Assembly (NCBI GenBank): GCA_013265495.1
Contig: MU060263.1
Span: 3,856,878 to 3,920,877 of the forward strand
DNA length: 64,000 nt
Direction: 5' to 3'
From: Vicugna vicugna
Lineage: Eukaryota
In this document: piece by piece, positions 50,368 through 62,621 of the stretch
Position numbering within the stretch: position 1 is the stretch's first letter
How the letters are laid out: each line of letters opens with the position of its first letter
The notes under the pieces: generated by a model
Databases searched by the model: none
What the model was told of the DNA's origin: nothing
Seen by the model: only the letters and a program-made list of their open reading frames with translations
Position numbers and translations under genes: made by a program

Positions 50368-50626
50368 GGGATCTGTATCTGAGCGCCTAGTAGGTGCCAA
50401 CCATCACGCTGAGAATTTGAGGAAGAATAGCTTCGTCCTGGGGGGAACTTGGAGAAGGAAGCAGGCGCTAGATCTTGGAGAGATTTTAATGCCTTACCAG
50501 GAATCTTAACTTGATCCTGTAGGCAATGGGGGGAGCTCAAGTGCAGCTTTAAATTGCATTGTTCTAACTATCAAATGAGATGGAAAATGAAAGAAAAAAA
50601 AAAACCCAAATGAAAAAACAAAACTG

Positions 50627-51138
50627 CAGGCATACATCGNNNNNNNNNNNNNNNNNNNNNNNNNNNNNNNNNNNNNNNNNNNNNNNNNNNNNNNNNNNNN
50701 NNNNNNNNNNNNNNNNNNNNNNNNNNNNNNNNNNNNNNNNNNNNNNNNNNNNNNNNNNNNNNNNNNNNNNNNNNNNNNNNNNNNNNNNNNNNNNNNNNNN
50801 NNNNNNNNNNNNNNNNNNNNNNNNNNNNNNNNNNNNNNNNNNNNNNNNNNNNNNNNNNNNNNNNNNNNNNNNNNNNNNNNNNNNNNNNNNNNNNNNNAGG
50901 TATAGTCAGTTGACAGTGTGTCAATTTCTAGCGTACATCATGTTTCAGTCATACATATGCATACAATCTTTTTTTTAATACACTGCTATTGCACACTTAG
51001 TAGACTACAGTATAAAATAAACATAACTTTTAGATTTACTGGGAAACCAAAAAATGTGTGCCTCGGTTTATTGAGGGACTGGCTTCATTGCGGCGATCCA
51101 GCACTGAAACTGCAGAAAAAAAATCTCCGAAGCGCCAG
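50627..51138 (+). mobile_element. Tigger1-derived element containing a gap and an L1 tail
   Basis: 5' TIR caggcatacatcg; 3' end tgctattgcacacttagtagactacagtat...ctgggaaaccaaaaa...atctccga. Confidence 0.8.
50640..50897. other. Assembly gap (258 N)
   Basis: Read directly from the sequence. Confidence 1.
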
Positions 51139-51429
51139 CATACTTTGTAAACAACAAAGTGTTATATAACTTGCCCAAGATCACACAGGTAGCACATTAT
51201 CAGAGCAGGAAGTTAAACCCCTCCCCTAACTAGAAAACCCGTGCTTTCAACCTCTGTGCTCTCTGCTGCTGTGAAAAGAGGGAGAAGCAGAGGCAGAGAG
51301 ACCCCTTCAGCAGGCAACTGCGGTCCTCCACACCAGAGGAGCAGGGGGTAAGGGATGGGGAGTGTGGTGACCTTGTGATGTTGGATGTCTAGGATGTTGA
51401 CCCCTCTAGGAAGTCCGAGGAGGGCTAGC

Positions 51430-51600
51430 TGGCTGAGCGGTGTTGGGTCAGGGACTCCTGTGTGACACTGCAAACCTCAGTCTGCTCATCTGTAAATCGG
51501 GCTTGATCATCTTCTCAGGGTTGTTTGGAGGAGCGAAGAAGATAATGCATCTAAAACTTAGTGTGTAAATGATAAAGCGCTATACAAACCTAAGCTGTGC
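51430..51600 (+). mobile_element. MIR SINE
   Basis: cctcagtctgctcatctgtaaatcggg...tcagggttgtttggagga. Confidence 0.65.
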
Positions 51601-51634
51601 CACCCATCATTCCCCGAGGTCTCACAGCCCGGAT

Positions 51635-51816
51635 GAGTGGTCCTCAAAGTCTGGCGCCAGACCAGCTGCATCCCATCACTTGGGAACATGTTAGAAATGC
51701 AGATTCTTGGCCCCTTCCCAGCCCTGCTGAATCCAAAACTCTGGGAGAGGGGCCCGACAATCTTTTTACAGCCCTCCAGGTGATGGGCATGCACGTTCAA
51801 GTTTGAGGCCCCGTGG
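51635..51816. mobile_element. MER5A (hAT-Charlie MITE)
   Basis: gtggtcctcaaagt...catcacttgggaacatgttagaaatgcagattcttggccc...gccctccaggtgat...aagtttgag. Confidence 0.88.
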
Positions 51817-52984
51817 CCAAGAACCATCCCCTGTCTAGGATCTGGACCTCAGAAGTTCGGCGCCAAAACCAACTCCATCTGCTTTTCCCAAGGTAAAGAC
51901 TGAAGAGCCTAAAATAGGATTTGGGGAATGACGCGGGGGTGGAGGGAGCCCCACCCACCCCGGGGAGCCCCACCCACCCCTGCCATCGAGAGCGGGGTTG
52001 GGGAGGATCCGTGGACTGAGGTGGTGGCCCCCAACTAGCAAATCATGGGAAGCCCAGGCACCGGCTACATTCTTTATCCTCCAGCAGGAAGTCTTAACTC
52101 CTCTGCAGAGCTCAGGGCTGCTGCAGGAGGTGGGGCGGGTGCAGGGGTGCAGGGGCCCAGGAACAAGGGAGTTGGGATACCAGGGCCAGGGGGGACAGTG
52201 GATCAGGAGAGAAGGGGAGTGGCTCAGGTGAGGGATGCTGGGGATTGGCAGGGATTCGGGGACCAGAGGAGGGTCTAGGGGGTCAGGTGTGGGGACCGAG
52301 GATCTCCAAGGGGTCACAGGGAGTCTGCATTGCAGAAGGTCTGGGGCACAGCGGGGTTCAGTGGACACCCCCACTTGAAAGGAAGCTGCACTTGCATCAT
52401 TTCTCCTCCGGGGGCTCCTCCAGGAGGGCTCCTCTCCTGGACACCCTGCCAACTCCTCGCAATCTGGCCATTCTAAAGGCGACTCCTGGCACAGCGAAGA
52501 CACGAGTCTGTTCTGATGGGTGATGCTAGGATTTGGATTGTGAAATATTTTCCAGATCACTCTGGGTCCTGAATAAAATTTTATCTGATAAAACATTTTT
52601 CCTGCTTTAGAACAATTGAAAACCATTCTATTACTACCCAAGCCACCTCTCTACGTCCAAGGACCCTGACTGGGGCATACACTTGATTTTGACCTGCAAG
52701 TGTTTTCAGTTGGGACCATCAAAAGGTGTTTTAAAAATCATACAATCTGGCATAAAAATATAATTTCTGGTTTTTAACTTGCTCTAGTCCCACACCCAAC
52801 TCTCTAGTTCAGCAGTAGCCTTGAAAAATAACAGTCTGCCTTCCCAGTACCGGATGGAGCAGAACAGACCTGGAATTCTTTCCAAACGTCATTCCCAAAG
52901 AATTATTATTGTGTGACCTGTGCAGTAGTTCCCTGGAAGACCCACTCAGAATGTTTGTCTTTGTTTAAACTGATTCAAAGTTCA

Positions 52985-53675
52985 TCCAGTGTAAAAGTCT
53001 CTCCCACCAGGATGGCCATAATAAAAACAAATCAATTTTAAAATAACAGGTGTTGGCAGGGATGTAGAGAAATCAGAACCCTCACATGTTGCTGGTGGGA
53101 ATGAGAAATGGTGCCGGCGCTGTGGAAAAGTTGAGCAGTTTTCCAAAATGTTAGAGTTACTGTACGATGCAGCCGTTCTCCTGGATGTAAACCCAAGAGA
53201 AATGAAAACATAAGTCTGCATGAAAATTTGTACATGAATTTTCATAGCAGCATGATTCATAATAGCCAAAAAGTGGAAACAACCATATGATCCATCAACA
53301 TTAAATGGAGAAACAAAATTCCATACAATGGAATATCATCCGGCTACAAAAAGAAACAAAGCTACAACATAGATGAACCTTAAAAACATCACGCTAAGTG
53401 CAAGAAACCAGACACAAAGCCCTCGTGTTGTAGGATTCCATTTATATGAAATGTCTGGAATTGGCACATCTGTAGAGACAGAAATTACATTATTGGTTCC
53501 CAGGGCTCGGGGGAAGGGGAAGGAAGGGTATGACTCCTTAATGGGTATGGAGTGTCTCTTAGGGGATAACATTCTGAAGTTAGATAGTTGTACCATCTTG
53601 TAAATATAATAGAAGCTACTGTATTTTACACTTTTAAATGGTGGATTTTACGGTACATAAATTATATCTTAAAAA
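52985..53675 (+). mobile_element. L1MB-like 3' end
   Basis: aacaggtgttggcagggatgtagagaaatcagaaccctca...ataatagccaaaaagtggaaacaacc...gattccatttatatgaaatgtc. Confidence 0.88.
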
Positions 53676-54414
53676 TTTTTATTAATCAGCAAATGTACAA
53701 GGAGGACTTTGCTGTGATGTTTGTTGTCTTACAGACCAAATTTCAGCTCCAAATTGCACTTTCGATACTGGCCTCCTGTAGTTGATGTGTGTTCTGCCCT
53801 TTCACAGAGAGCATAGAGCATAGATATTTACTCTGGATTTGACTGGAGAGAAAATAAGAGCAGAGACTGGTTTTAAACCATCCCAGGAGCTGGCCCTCTG
53901 ACGAGCTGTTGTCAGCTTGCTCGTGGTGGGACTTCACTGCTCCTGTACTCAGGCTTGGAGGAGTTAGTAAGGGAACACCTTGAAAGTCTAAAAATAAAAA
54001 TCAGTTAAAAAATATTGGAAATTGACAAGTTACAATAAAAAAAGCATGGAATGTGAAAACAGTTGGAAATTCTGTAACGACTGGGATATTGCTAAACAAC
54101 TCAGTAAGAAAAAAGCCCAGTGGAAGAGGAAAAAAGTATATACAAAGTTGATTCTTGAGAAAATCAACGGATGAGCCAATCAACAAAAATATACCATCTC
54201 TTTACACATGGAAACAAGAACAGGAAGTCGTTTTTTGCCTCTCAAGTTAACACACAGTTTACAAAGAACTGTAAAGCCAGTGCTGATGAGCATCGTGAGT
54301 ATTTTCCTGCATTTTTGGTGGGAACTACAAATCATGATGAATTCTCTGGAGGACCATTTGACAGAAGGTATCAGAAGAATGAAAAGTTACAGAAATGAAA
54401 TCAGTATGTTCAGG

Positions 54415-54665
54415 CGTCAGAAACAACAGCTCAAGCTCTGGAATCAGATAAACCTAAGTTTGATTGCAGCTTTGCTATTTACTAGCTGTGTCACTTTGGA
54501 CAAGTCATTTAATATCTCCAAACCTCTGACACTGTAGCTGTAAAATGGAATTAATTATGGTACCTGCTTCCCAAGTTTCTCTGAGCATTTGTTTATCAAG
54601 ACGTTTGTAAAGCACTTGGTCGGTAACTGGCCGTTACTAAGCACTCAACAAATAGTCACTGTTTT
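54415..54665 (+). mobile_element. MIR SINE (near full length)
   Basis: ctttgctatttactagctgtgtcactttggacaagtcatttaa...gtaaaatggaattaat...gtaaagcactt. Confidence 0.8.
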
Positions 54666-54674
54666 ATTGTCATT

Positions 54675-54714
54675 AAGAATCTATTCAAAAAAAAAAAAAA
54701 AGAATCTATTCAAA
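54675..54714 (+). mobile_element. Poly(A)-only retro-insertion with a perfect 15-bp TSD
   Basis: tt|aagaatctattcaaa, then A10, then aagaatctattcaaa. Confidence 0.8.
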
Positions 54715-54995
54715 GAACATGTGCTGTTTACCAGTATTCTTTATATACTAATGCAAATTAAAAGGATGCCTTAAAATGTGGAATGTTTAAATAAATCATC
54801 ATTCATCTACATAATGGATTTCCACGCAGATATTTAAAGTGTAATCAAATCTTTACTGACATAGAAAAATGTTTACAGTATATTGCTAAGTGAAGAAAAA
54901 CGTGCGAAAATACTAGAACATGAAACTGTATAAAAAGTCTTTACAAAGACTTCAATTACATAATTTAAACTGTTGAATGATCATGTGTGTGATCA

Positions 54996-55430
54996 TGTCA
55001 GAGAAAAGGTTCTTGCTTTGCGCAGGAAAGAATTTAAGAGCAAGACATAGTAAAATGAAAGCAAATTTATTTAGAGAGATACACACTCCATAGGCAGAGT
55101 GCAGGCTGTCTCAGAAGGCAAGAGTGAGCGACCAAGAGGTGCAGAGCTGATGGGTTTTATAGGCTGGGTAATTTCATATGCTAATGAGCAGGAGGATTCT
55201 TCCAATTCTTTGTAGGAAGGGGCAGGGATTTCCATGAACTGGGCCCCACCCACTTCTTGACCTCTATGGTCAGCCTAGGAACTGTCATGGCATCTATGGT
55301 TATGCCATGAGGCTCAAGGTCTCCTCGAAGTAGAATCTTCCGCCATCTTGGTCCTAACCAGTTTGTCCTGTCCTCAATTACTGTGTCATTCCTTCAGTGG
55401 TAGTGCCCTGCCCGCTTCCCTCCTGTTTCA
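54996..55430 (-). mobile_element. ERV1-type solo LTR (435 bp), TSD ATCA
   Basis: TG...CA ends; ATCA at 54992-54995 and 55431-55434; minus-strand TATAAAA (55155-55161) and AATAAA (55066-55071); ATGCTAAT at 55178-55185. Confidence 0.88.
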
Positions 55431-55449
55431 ATCAGATTCTAAGTGATTT

Positions 55450-56690
55450 TTTTCCTTCAACTGATTTTATTTTTTGGATAGGCCTTGTTTTTTAAGGCCA
55501 GTTCAAGTTCACATCAAAACTGAGTTCCCATATGCGCCCTGGCCCCTGACCCGCACAACCTCCGCCCCACTATCAACCTCCCCCAGTGAGTGGTACATTT
55601 GCTGCAATGGACGAGCCCACATGGACATGGACACATCATGCCTACCCAAAATCCACAGTGTTCATGAGGGCTCAACCACTGATCTTCTTACTGTCTTCAT
55701 AATCTTGCCTTTTCCAGAAAGTCAGATTGTTGGAATCATACACTGTGCAGCCTTCTCAGAATGGCTTCTTTCACTTAATAAAATGCATTGAAGTTTTCTC
55801 CTTCAGGTCTTTCTATGCCTTGATGGCTCACTTCCTTTTAGCACTGAATAATATTTCATTATCTGGATGGAACACAGTTTATTTATCCATTCACCGACTG
55901 TAAGACGTTTTGGTTGCTTCCATGTTTTGGCAGTTATGAATAAAGCTGCTAGACAGGTTTTTGTATAGACATAATTTTTCATGACTAATTTTTATAACAG
56001 ATTTACTGAGATATAATTCACATATCATAAAATCTACCCATTTAAAGAATAGGATTCAATGATTTCGAGTATATTTATAGAGTCATGCAACCATTACCAC
56101 AGTCAGTTTTAGAACATTTTTGTAACTACACAAGAAACCCCATACCTTTTAGTAGTCACTCCGCATCTCATCCACTCTGGCCCCAGGCAACCATTAATAC
56201 ACTTTCTGTCTATAGATTTGCCAATTCTGGATATTTCTTACAATGTATGTCTTTTGNNNNNNNNNNNNNNNNNNNNNNNNNNNNNNNNNNNNNNNNNNNN
56301 NNNNNNNNNNNNNNNNNNNNNNNNNNNNNNNNNNNNNNNNNNNNNNNNNNNNNNNNNNNNNNNNNNNNNNNNNNNNNNNNNNNNNNNNNNNNNNNNNNNN
56401 NNNNNNNNNNNNNNNNNNNNNNNNNNNNNNNNNNNNNNNNNNNNNNNNNNNNNNNNNNNNNNNNNNNNNTGTGGACATATGTTGTCATGTCTCTTGGGTA
56501 CATCCCTGGGAGTGGAATCGCTGGGCCATCTCTAACCTTTTGAGAAACTGTGAGATTGTTTGGCAAAGCAGCTGAACTAAACGCCAGCGAGGCATGAGGG
56601 CGCTAATCGCCCTACATCCTCACAACACCTGCTGTTATCTTTTTCAGTAGAACCATCCTTGTCAGTGTAGTGACTTTTTTTCAAAGACAT
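55450..56690 (-). mobile_element. Two nested or adjacent L1 3' ends (L1MA/MB-like) spanning a gap
   Basis: gttggaatcatacactgtgcagcctt...ttatgaataaagctgct; gagatataattcacatatcataaaat; gtggacatatgtt..catgtctcttgggta. Confidence 0.8.
56257..56469. other. Assembly gap (213 N)
   Basis: Read directly from the sequence. Confidence 1.
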
Positions 56691-57565
56691 TTTATCCATT
56701 TCTCTGTTTTATAATGAATGACTATCAATTTTGTAATTGTGTTATTAAAATAACCCATAAAAGTAAAAACCCTTCCAGGTGGCAGTGCCAAGAAGTGCAG
56801 TTCCAGTCTGGGAAGCTGGGTGGGACAAGCCAGACTGAAAGAGCCAACATTGGCCTGTTGGGGGCATTTGGGGGGGTGCTGTGATCTGCTGCCCCTGATG
56901 TCTTCTGAGGCCCCAGCCTCTGAACCATTCCCTCATTTCGTTTCCGCAACTCCAGGAAATGTCTTCAGGGACTGGCCCTCCCTGGCTGGATTTGGGGTTT
57001 GCCTCCTCATCACCCCAGTTTGGGGCTCACCTCACTGCTGCTTACCTGGTTGGCAGCGGGCAACACTGCTCATATGGAAGCGCTCCTGGGATATTTCAGG
57101 AAGATGCGGGAAAGGATTTTGTTAAGGTCCTCTCATGCACACATCACCCCCAGCAAAGCCAAAGCCCTCAATGGAAAGCCGAGGCTCAGAATGACTCCCT
57201 TGTCCCCAATAAGCCGAGGTTCAGTTTCACGTGGTGCATCTAAGTGATGCCAAGTACACTCATGAGATCTGAACTGTGCTCCTGGGAGTATTGTATTAGT
57301 GGACAAATGACAGGAACTTTTCCCCTTTTTGAGTGCAAACCTAGTGACTTGGTCATTGTGCACCCGCGTTACAGAATTCAAAACAAGGATGAGAATGACC
57401 GCGGTCACTGTGAACCAAGGACTTACCGCCTTCGGCGCTGCAAGCAGCTGATATACCCTCTCACCTCAGTGCCTTCCTTGTGGCTTGCTTCCTCACCTTC
57501 CAGAAAATTGCAGAAGCCATTTCTCATCCAGTCAGTCAGTTCTACAGTAATTAAGAAATCATTCC

Positions 57566-58100
57566 TGTATTAATCAAGTCTTTTTATTCTGTATTTTTGA
57601 TGCTTTGACATCTTGGGGTCTTGCTGACCCTGGAGGGGCCGCCCCTCCAAGGTAGCTAATTCCCAGAGACAGCCAATGGCTGGGCTGCGCACAGGTGTTT
57701 CCTGTGCAAACCGACCAATCCAGAGCCCACACCCCCAGCCACCTCCCCTAAGGCTCTCACCCTCTGAGCCACTACCCACCTGCCTTCGTCACCCCCAGGC
57801 CAGGCACCAGACAACCAGGCACTGCATCCACGGCCCAGCGTCTGCTGAAATTATTCACACCAGCCAGTCGCACGCCGGCTTACCCTGCAGCAAGCTCCTT
57901 CCCCTGGAAACCATCCTAAAGGTGCTTGCCCGTGTTTTCCCCTCGCTCCCTCTGCCTCCAGCGGATCACGGTGCTGCCCCACATGGCCCTACCTACTGAG
58001 CAAGGCCTCCTGTTTCCAGGGATCTGCGAGAATAACACACTTCTTCCTTCACAGCAGTTACTGCCTCACTTGTACGGCGTGCCGTGCCAGTTACAACAAA
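57566..58100 (+). mobile_element. Old ERV LTR (MER-type, family not assigned)
   Basis: cttgctgaccctggagggg..cccctcc..gtagctaattccc...accaatccagagccca...ctgctgaaattattca; boundaries approximate. Confidence 0.65.
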
Positions 58101-59183
58101 CCCTCACCCCTCTCCAAACCCTCCTGGAGACCCAGTCTAGAGCCCCTCCTGCTCGTGCTCCCCAGCAGCCTGCAGATGACTTTGTAAGCTCCTAACTCCC
58201 TGTACTAATTCTCTTTTTCCCTGGAAACCACTAGAGGGTTTTGTTTCCTGCGGTTAACCCTGATGCTGAATTCTCTAACCCCAGGCTGCACAGGCGGCCG
58301 GGAACAAAGACCCCCACCGTCTGTCTGCCTCGAGCACCCATGCCCTCGACCAGGAAGCCCTGCTTTGTTTACACCGGTGTTTGTGTCACCACCTACCATC
58401 TCAAGGGGTTTTCCTCTCTCTTGAAAGCACTTCCCCAACCGCAGAATGTTGCACTGGCCCATAGGTGACCTTCATGGGCCAGCCTCCAGCTAAAGCTGTT
58501 GCCTGAGCAGGTGTTTTCCAATTCCTTAATCTGGATCACTTCCCGGCAGTGACCTGGGCTCCAGGTTAGGTTTTGATCCCTGGAGAAGAGGACTCGAAGG
58601 TGTCTATGAAGCCGAACTGAGTGTTCCTCCCATTTTGGAAAAGTACAAGGAATGACGGGGAATCCAGGAAAATTTCCTGCTGCCACTCAAGTCTTCAGAG
58701 AGGCGCTCTGGCTCCTGCTGAGACGTGGTGGGGGATATTTCATGTCAGGGCCCATCAGTCATTTCCACCCGCATGTTTCCTGCGAGCTCCTGCCCAGTCT
58801 TGGCTCGTGGAGGCAACATCTCACATTATATAGGTGGATGGATCCCATAGCTTGTTCAGGTCATTTTCAGATAGTAAAAATACTCCAGTCTGGTCTAAGC
58901 CACACCTTTATTCTTCTTTTTATCATCTCATATCCTACTGAAGCGGCGCCATTCCCCCAGTTCAGGCAGAACAGCAGCAGGAGAGGGGGTGACGGTGTGT
59001 CCTTCAGGGCATATTTTTCCTCCCCCTCCCCCCTCTGCCTTGCTGTGGCTGGTGCCTCTAGAGCTGGAGGAGAAGGGTGGGCAAAGGGAGAGAAGATGTG
59101 AGGATAAGGGGGTTCTGTTGAATTCCTGTTGGAATAGCTGACTACTGGAATGTGCTAGGCGGTGGATGCTCAAAGGTTGGTCC

Positions 59184-59633
59184 TCACGTTAATTTCCTAG
59201 GGCTGCCGTAGTGACGTGCCACAATCTGAGGGGCTTACATTAACAGAAATGTATTCTCTTACCCTCTGGAGGCCAGAAGTTCAAAATCAAGATGTTGGCA
59301 GAGCCACGCTCCCTCTGAAGCCCCAAGGGAGGCTCCTTGCTGGCTTCCTCCAGCTCCGGTTGGCACCAGCCTTCCTGGGCTCATGGCTGCATCACTGCCT
59401 CTGTGCCTCCGTTGTCACATGGCCTCCTCCTCTCTGTGCCCGTGTCCAGACTTCCCTCTGCTTATAAGGACACCAGTCACAGTGGAGTAGGAGCCCACCC
59501 GACTCCGGCGGGACCTCATCTTAACCAGTTACGTTAGCTGCAACCCCCATTCCCAAAGAAAGCCACACTCCCAGGTCCTGGGGGTTCGGATGCCAACGTG
59601 TTTGTGGTGGGTGGAGGCAGTTCATCCCGAACG
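59184..59633 (-). mobile_element. MaLR LTR, MLT1C-like
   Basis: tttcctagggctgccgta...tctggaggccagaagttcaaaatcaagatgttggcagagccacgctccctctgaag. Confidence 0.88.
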
Positions 59634-60954
59634 GCCCTCTTTCTCCTCTTTCTTTGGTGAGGTGCTCCTGTGGGCTCTTCAAGGATATCACCCTCTCCTC
59701 ACAACCACCCTCATCACCACCTGGAGCCTCCTGGCCTGGGAGGTCCCTCCTTGTCTGACCTCTCCCAGCTTCTCTTCATCTCTGGCCCCAGGGCTTCACA
59801 CTGCAGGTCCCCCAGCCCAGCAGCAAGCAGGATTTTTTCCAGGAAAGTTCTAATCAGGTTCCTTCCTTGGTCCCCTTGGTCCCTGGCTGCCACTCCCCCT
59901 TGTGCATCCAGGAGGGTTCCCAGAGAGCAGTGCCGCTTACCTGTGGCCTCAGCAGTTCAGAGGCCACACCTGCCTGCAGCAGGGTCATTGCTCTGCTCTG
60001 GTCTGGTCTGGCCGTGCCGGGCCACACCGCAGCAGCTCAGGACATGCTCAGCACCAAGTCAGATGCCAGAGTGGCCTGCCTGCACCTCTCACCCCTCCCA
60101 GATTCCTCCTCCTGCCCCCGCTCTGGTCTGGGATGGTGAGCCCACCTTCCCCTCTTTCCTCTGAAGTGGAGGAGCAGCACCATAGCATCCTCCACGTCTG
60201 TGTAGGTGCTTTAGCCTTCCCTGGTCCATCTCCTCCGAATTTCTCATCTTCTGTCATGTATGAGGAGGGTGGCGAGCCCAGGTCACAGGATTTGGCAGAT
60301 TCAGGCACCCCGGGGAGGGGGGGGGTGTTCTAACACTTCTTTTCAGAACGTGCGAGAGCCCGTTGTCTTCGGTTCCGGGGGACTCAGGAAAGCTCAGTGG
60401 ACTAGACCAGTCTCATTTAGCATCCTGGATGATGCAGTGCCTGGTTCATAGTGATGCTCAGTAAATAACTGGCTTGGAAGTCCAAATTCCAGTGCCTGTG
60501 GTTCTGATGCTCTGTCATTTCATTTCATACTACATTTGCAGCCATGAGACTTCAGGAAACACTGTGGTCCTCCAAAGAATGTTCTACTAAAGACAAAATT
60601 CCAAGTTTTGACTCTTTCCACGTCTATTGCCTCTCAGGTCGCTGAACTTCGATAGACGGGGACTTGTACACACGTACGTGATATGAGCAATCACAACCCT
60701 TTTCATTCAACTGTGTCCTCCAAGAAGGCTCTCCATCCACTTTATCCTACAGAGAACACCCCTACCCAGACAGTCTCTGCCCCTTTGCCCTTTCTAAGTG
60801 TGCTTCAGAGCAGTTCTGACTGCCTGAAATTAAATTAACTTATGGTTTGTTGTTTGTCTCTCCCGACTGGAATATAAGCATCCTGCAGCTCGCCGTTGTC
60901 TGCCGGGTCTCCTGCAGCATCCAGGGTTCAGAAGAGGGTCTAGCACGTGGGAGG

Positions 60955-61389
60955 TGGAGCGGCTTGAAGGGCGCCACCCCCAAAAGAAGATGTGCCCACT
61001 GGAAACTTTATGTGACCTTATTTGGGGAAAAGTTCTTTGCTGATACAATTAAGTATCTTAGGATGACATCATCCTGAATTAAGGTGAGCCCTAAAAACAA
61101 TGGCAAGTGTCCCTACAAGGGAAGAAAAGGAAAGGAGACACAGACGAGAAGGCCATGTGAAGAGGGAGGCAGTTTGGAGGGATGTGACCACAAGCCAAGG
61201 GATGCCTGGAGCCACTGGAAGCCAGAAGAGCTAGGGAAGGGTCCACCCCTAGAGACTTCAGAGGGAGTGCAGCCCTGACAACACCCTGATTTTGGCCTTC
61301 TTGCCTCCAGAACAGTACAAGAATAATCTGGTATTTCAAGTCACCAAATTTGTGGCAATTTATTATGGTCACCCTGGGAAACTCGTACA
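60955..61389 (+). mobile_element. MaLR LTR, MLT1C-like, inserted into an L2 3' end
   Basis: gtgaccttatttgg..aaag..ctttgc...ggccatgtgaaga...cttcagagggagtgcagccctg...gggaaactcgtaca; the L2 tail resumes afterwards with (GAAT)n at ~61416-61437. Confidence 0.88.
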
Positions 61390-62621
61390 GTGGACATGCA
61401 GTAAATTTCTGCTCAATGAATGAATGAATGAATGAATGCCATCCACAGCAGCAGTGTTCAGCCCCTCTCTATGGGGTCCTGGAGAGCCCATTGCGTCAAG
61501 GCATCGCCCCAGAGGAGGAGCAGGTGTCAGGACCATTGGGTGTAAGTCCTAGCTCTGCTGCTAAGTGTCAGTTCCACTCCTGGCCTCAGTCTCCCTGGTT
61601 GGAGAGATGATCCCTGAGGTTCTGGGGTCTCCATGACCGAACAGGACTGCTGCAGAGACAAAGAAGTCTCTCTCTGGGCAGCTCTTTCCAGGCAGCCCTG
61701 CACACACCGGGTCTGAGGCCGCAGCTGGCAGAGGGCCCCGGGAGTCCCTCCAGAACAGGGCACGGGCTGCGTGCCCAGCAGTGGCAGCTGCCGTGTGTCT
61801 GTGTCTGCTTGCCCTCGGGGCCTTGGGTTACCTTAGCAATCATCTCTCTCCCAGGCTGCCAGGGGCAGATGGGATCAGCTGGCGGTAGGGCTGGGGGAGA
61901 ACTGTCCCCTGGCTGCGAGACAACATGGGTGCATCATGAAGGGCTTAACCTCTAGCTCAGGGTGGAGGACAAGTGGTTTAGGAAATTCACAACAGCGCTT
62001 TAAAGGCTTGTTTTCCGTTTAGTGGCTGCGGGGAAGCCCCCTGGTATCGACGTGTCTCCTAGGAAGTCTGGCTGGTTTCCCCAACACAGAGAAGGAAGAC
62101 TATTTTTGGAAACTTGTAATGGTCTACAGAAATTTATCCATAGACCCGGCCTCTGTATTCTCCCGAGAGTCCCGCTGGATGGCCAAGTTGCATGGTTCAT
62201 TTCAGCAGGCTTACATGGGTTTAAAAAAAATTCGGAACTCAATATATTTGCGCTGAAGTTCAGCTGACCTCAATCTTCTGACCTTTCCAATGACTGAGTC
62301 TCTGCGCAGCTGCTGCCCCTCGGAGGGATGGCGGCCCCTGGCAGCCGGGCGGAGCCAAGGTGACCCTGGCTGAGGTCCCAGACACGCAAGCACTAGAGCA
62401 GCCTGTGTGACTTTGTAGAAGTTCCTGCATCTCTCTGGGCCTCAGCTGCCCATTTGGGAAGTAGGAATCACAGTGTCCCTGTGCCCACCTCGGGAGGCGT
62501 GGAGAAGGTCCAGCAGCCAGGCACTTCGGAAGACTTCCTAAGAAAGGGCTCGGGGCACCCAGGGAGACGGCTGGTGAAGCCGGAGGAGGGGGAGGCATTA
62601 ACTTTGCCCAAAGAAAGATGC

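Noticed and set aside
51835-52641. 268-aa minus-strand ORF as a real gene
   Set aside because: No recognisable domain, low-complexity Pro-rich composition and no supporting splice structure; kept only as a low-interest finding.
59184-61389. Two MLT1C-like LTRs in inverted orientation as a hairpin or composite element
   Set aside because: Old, independently diverged copies separated by L2 DNA, with no shared TSD and no sign of transcription.
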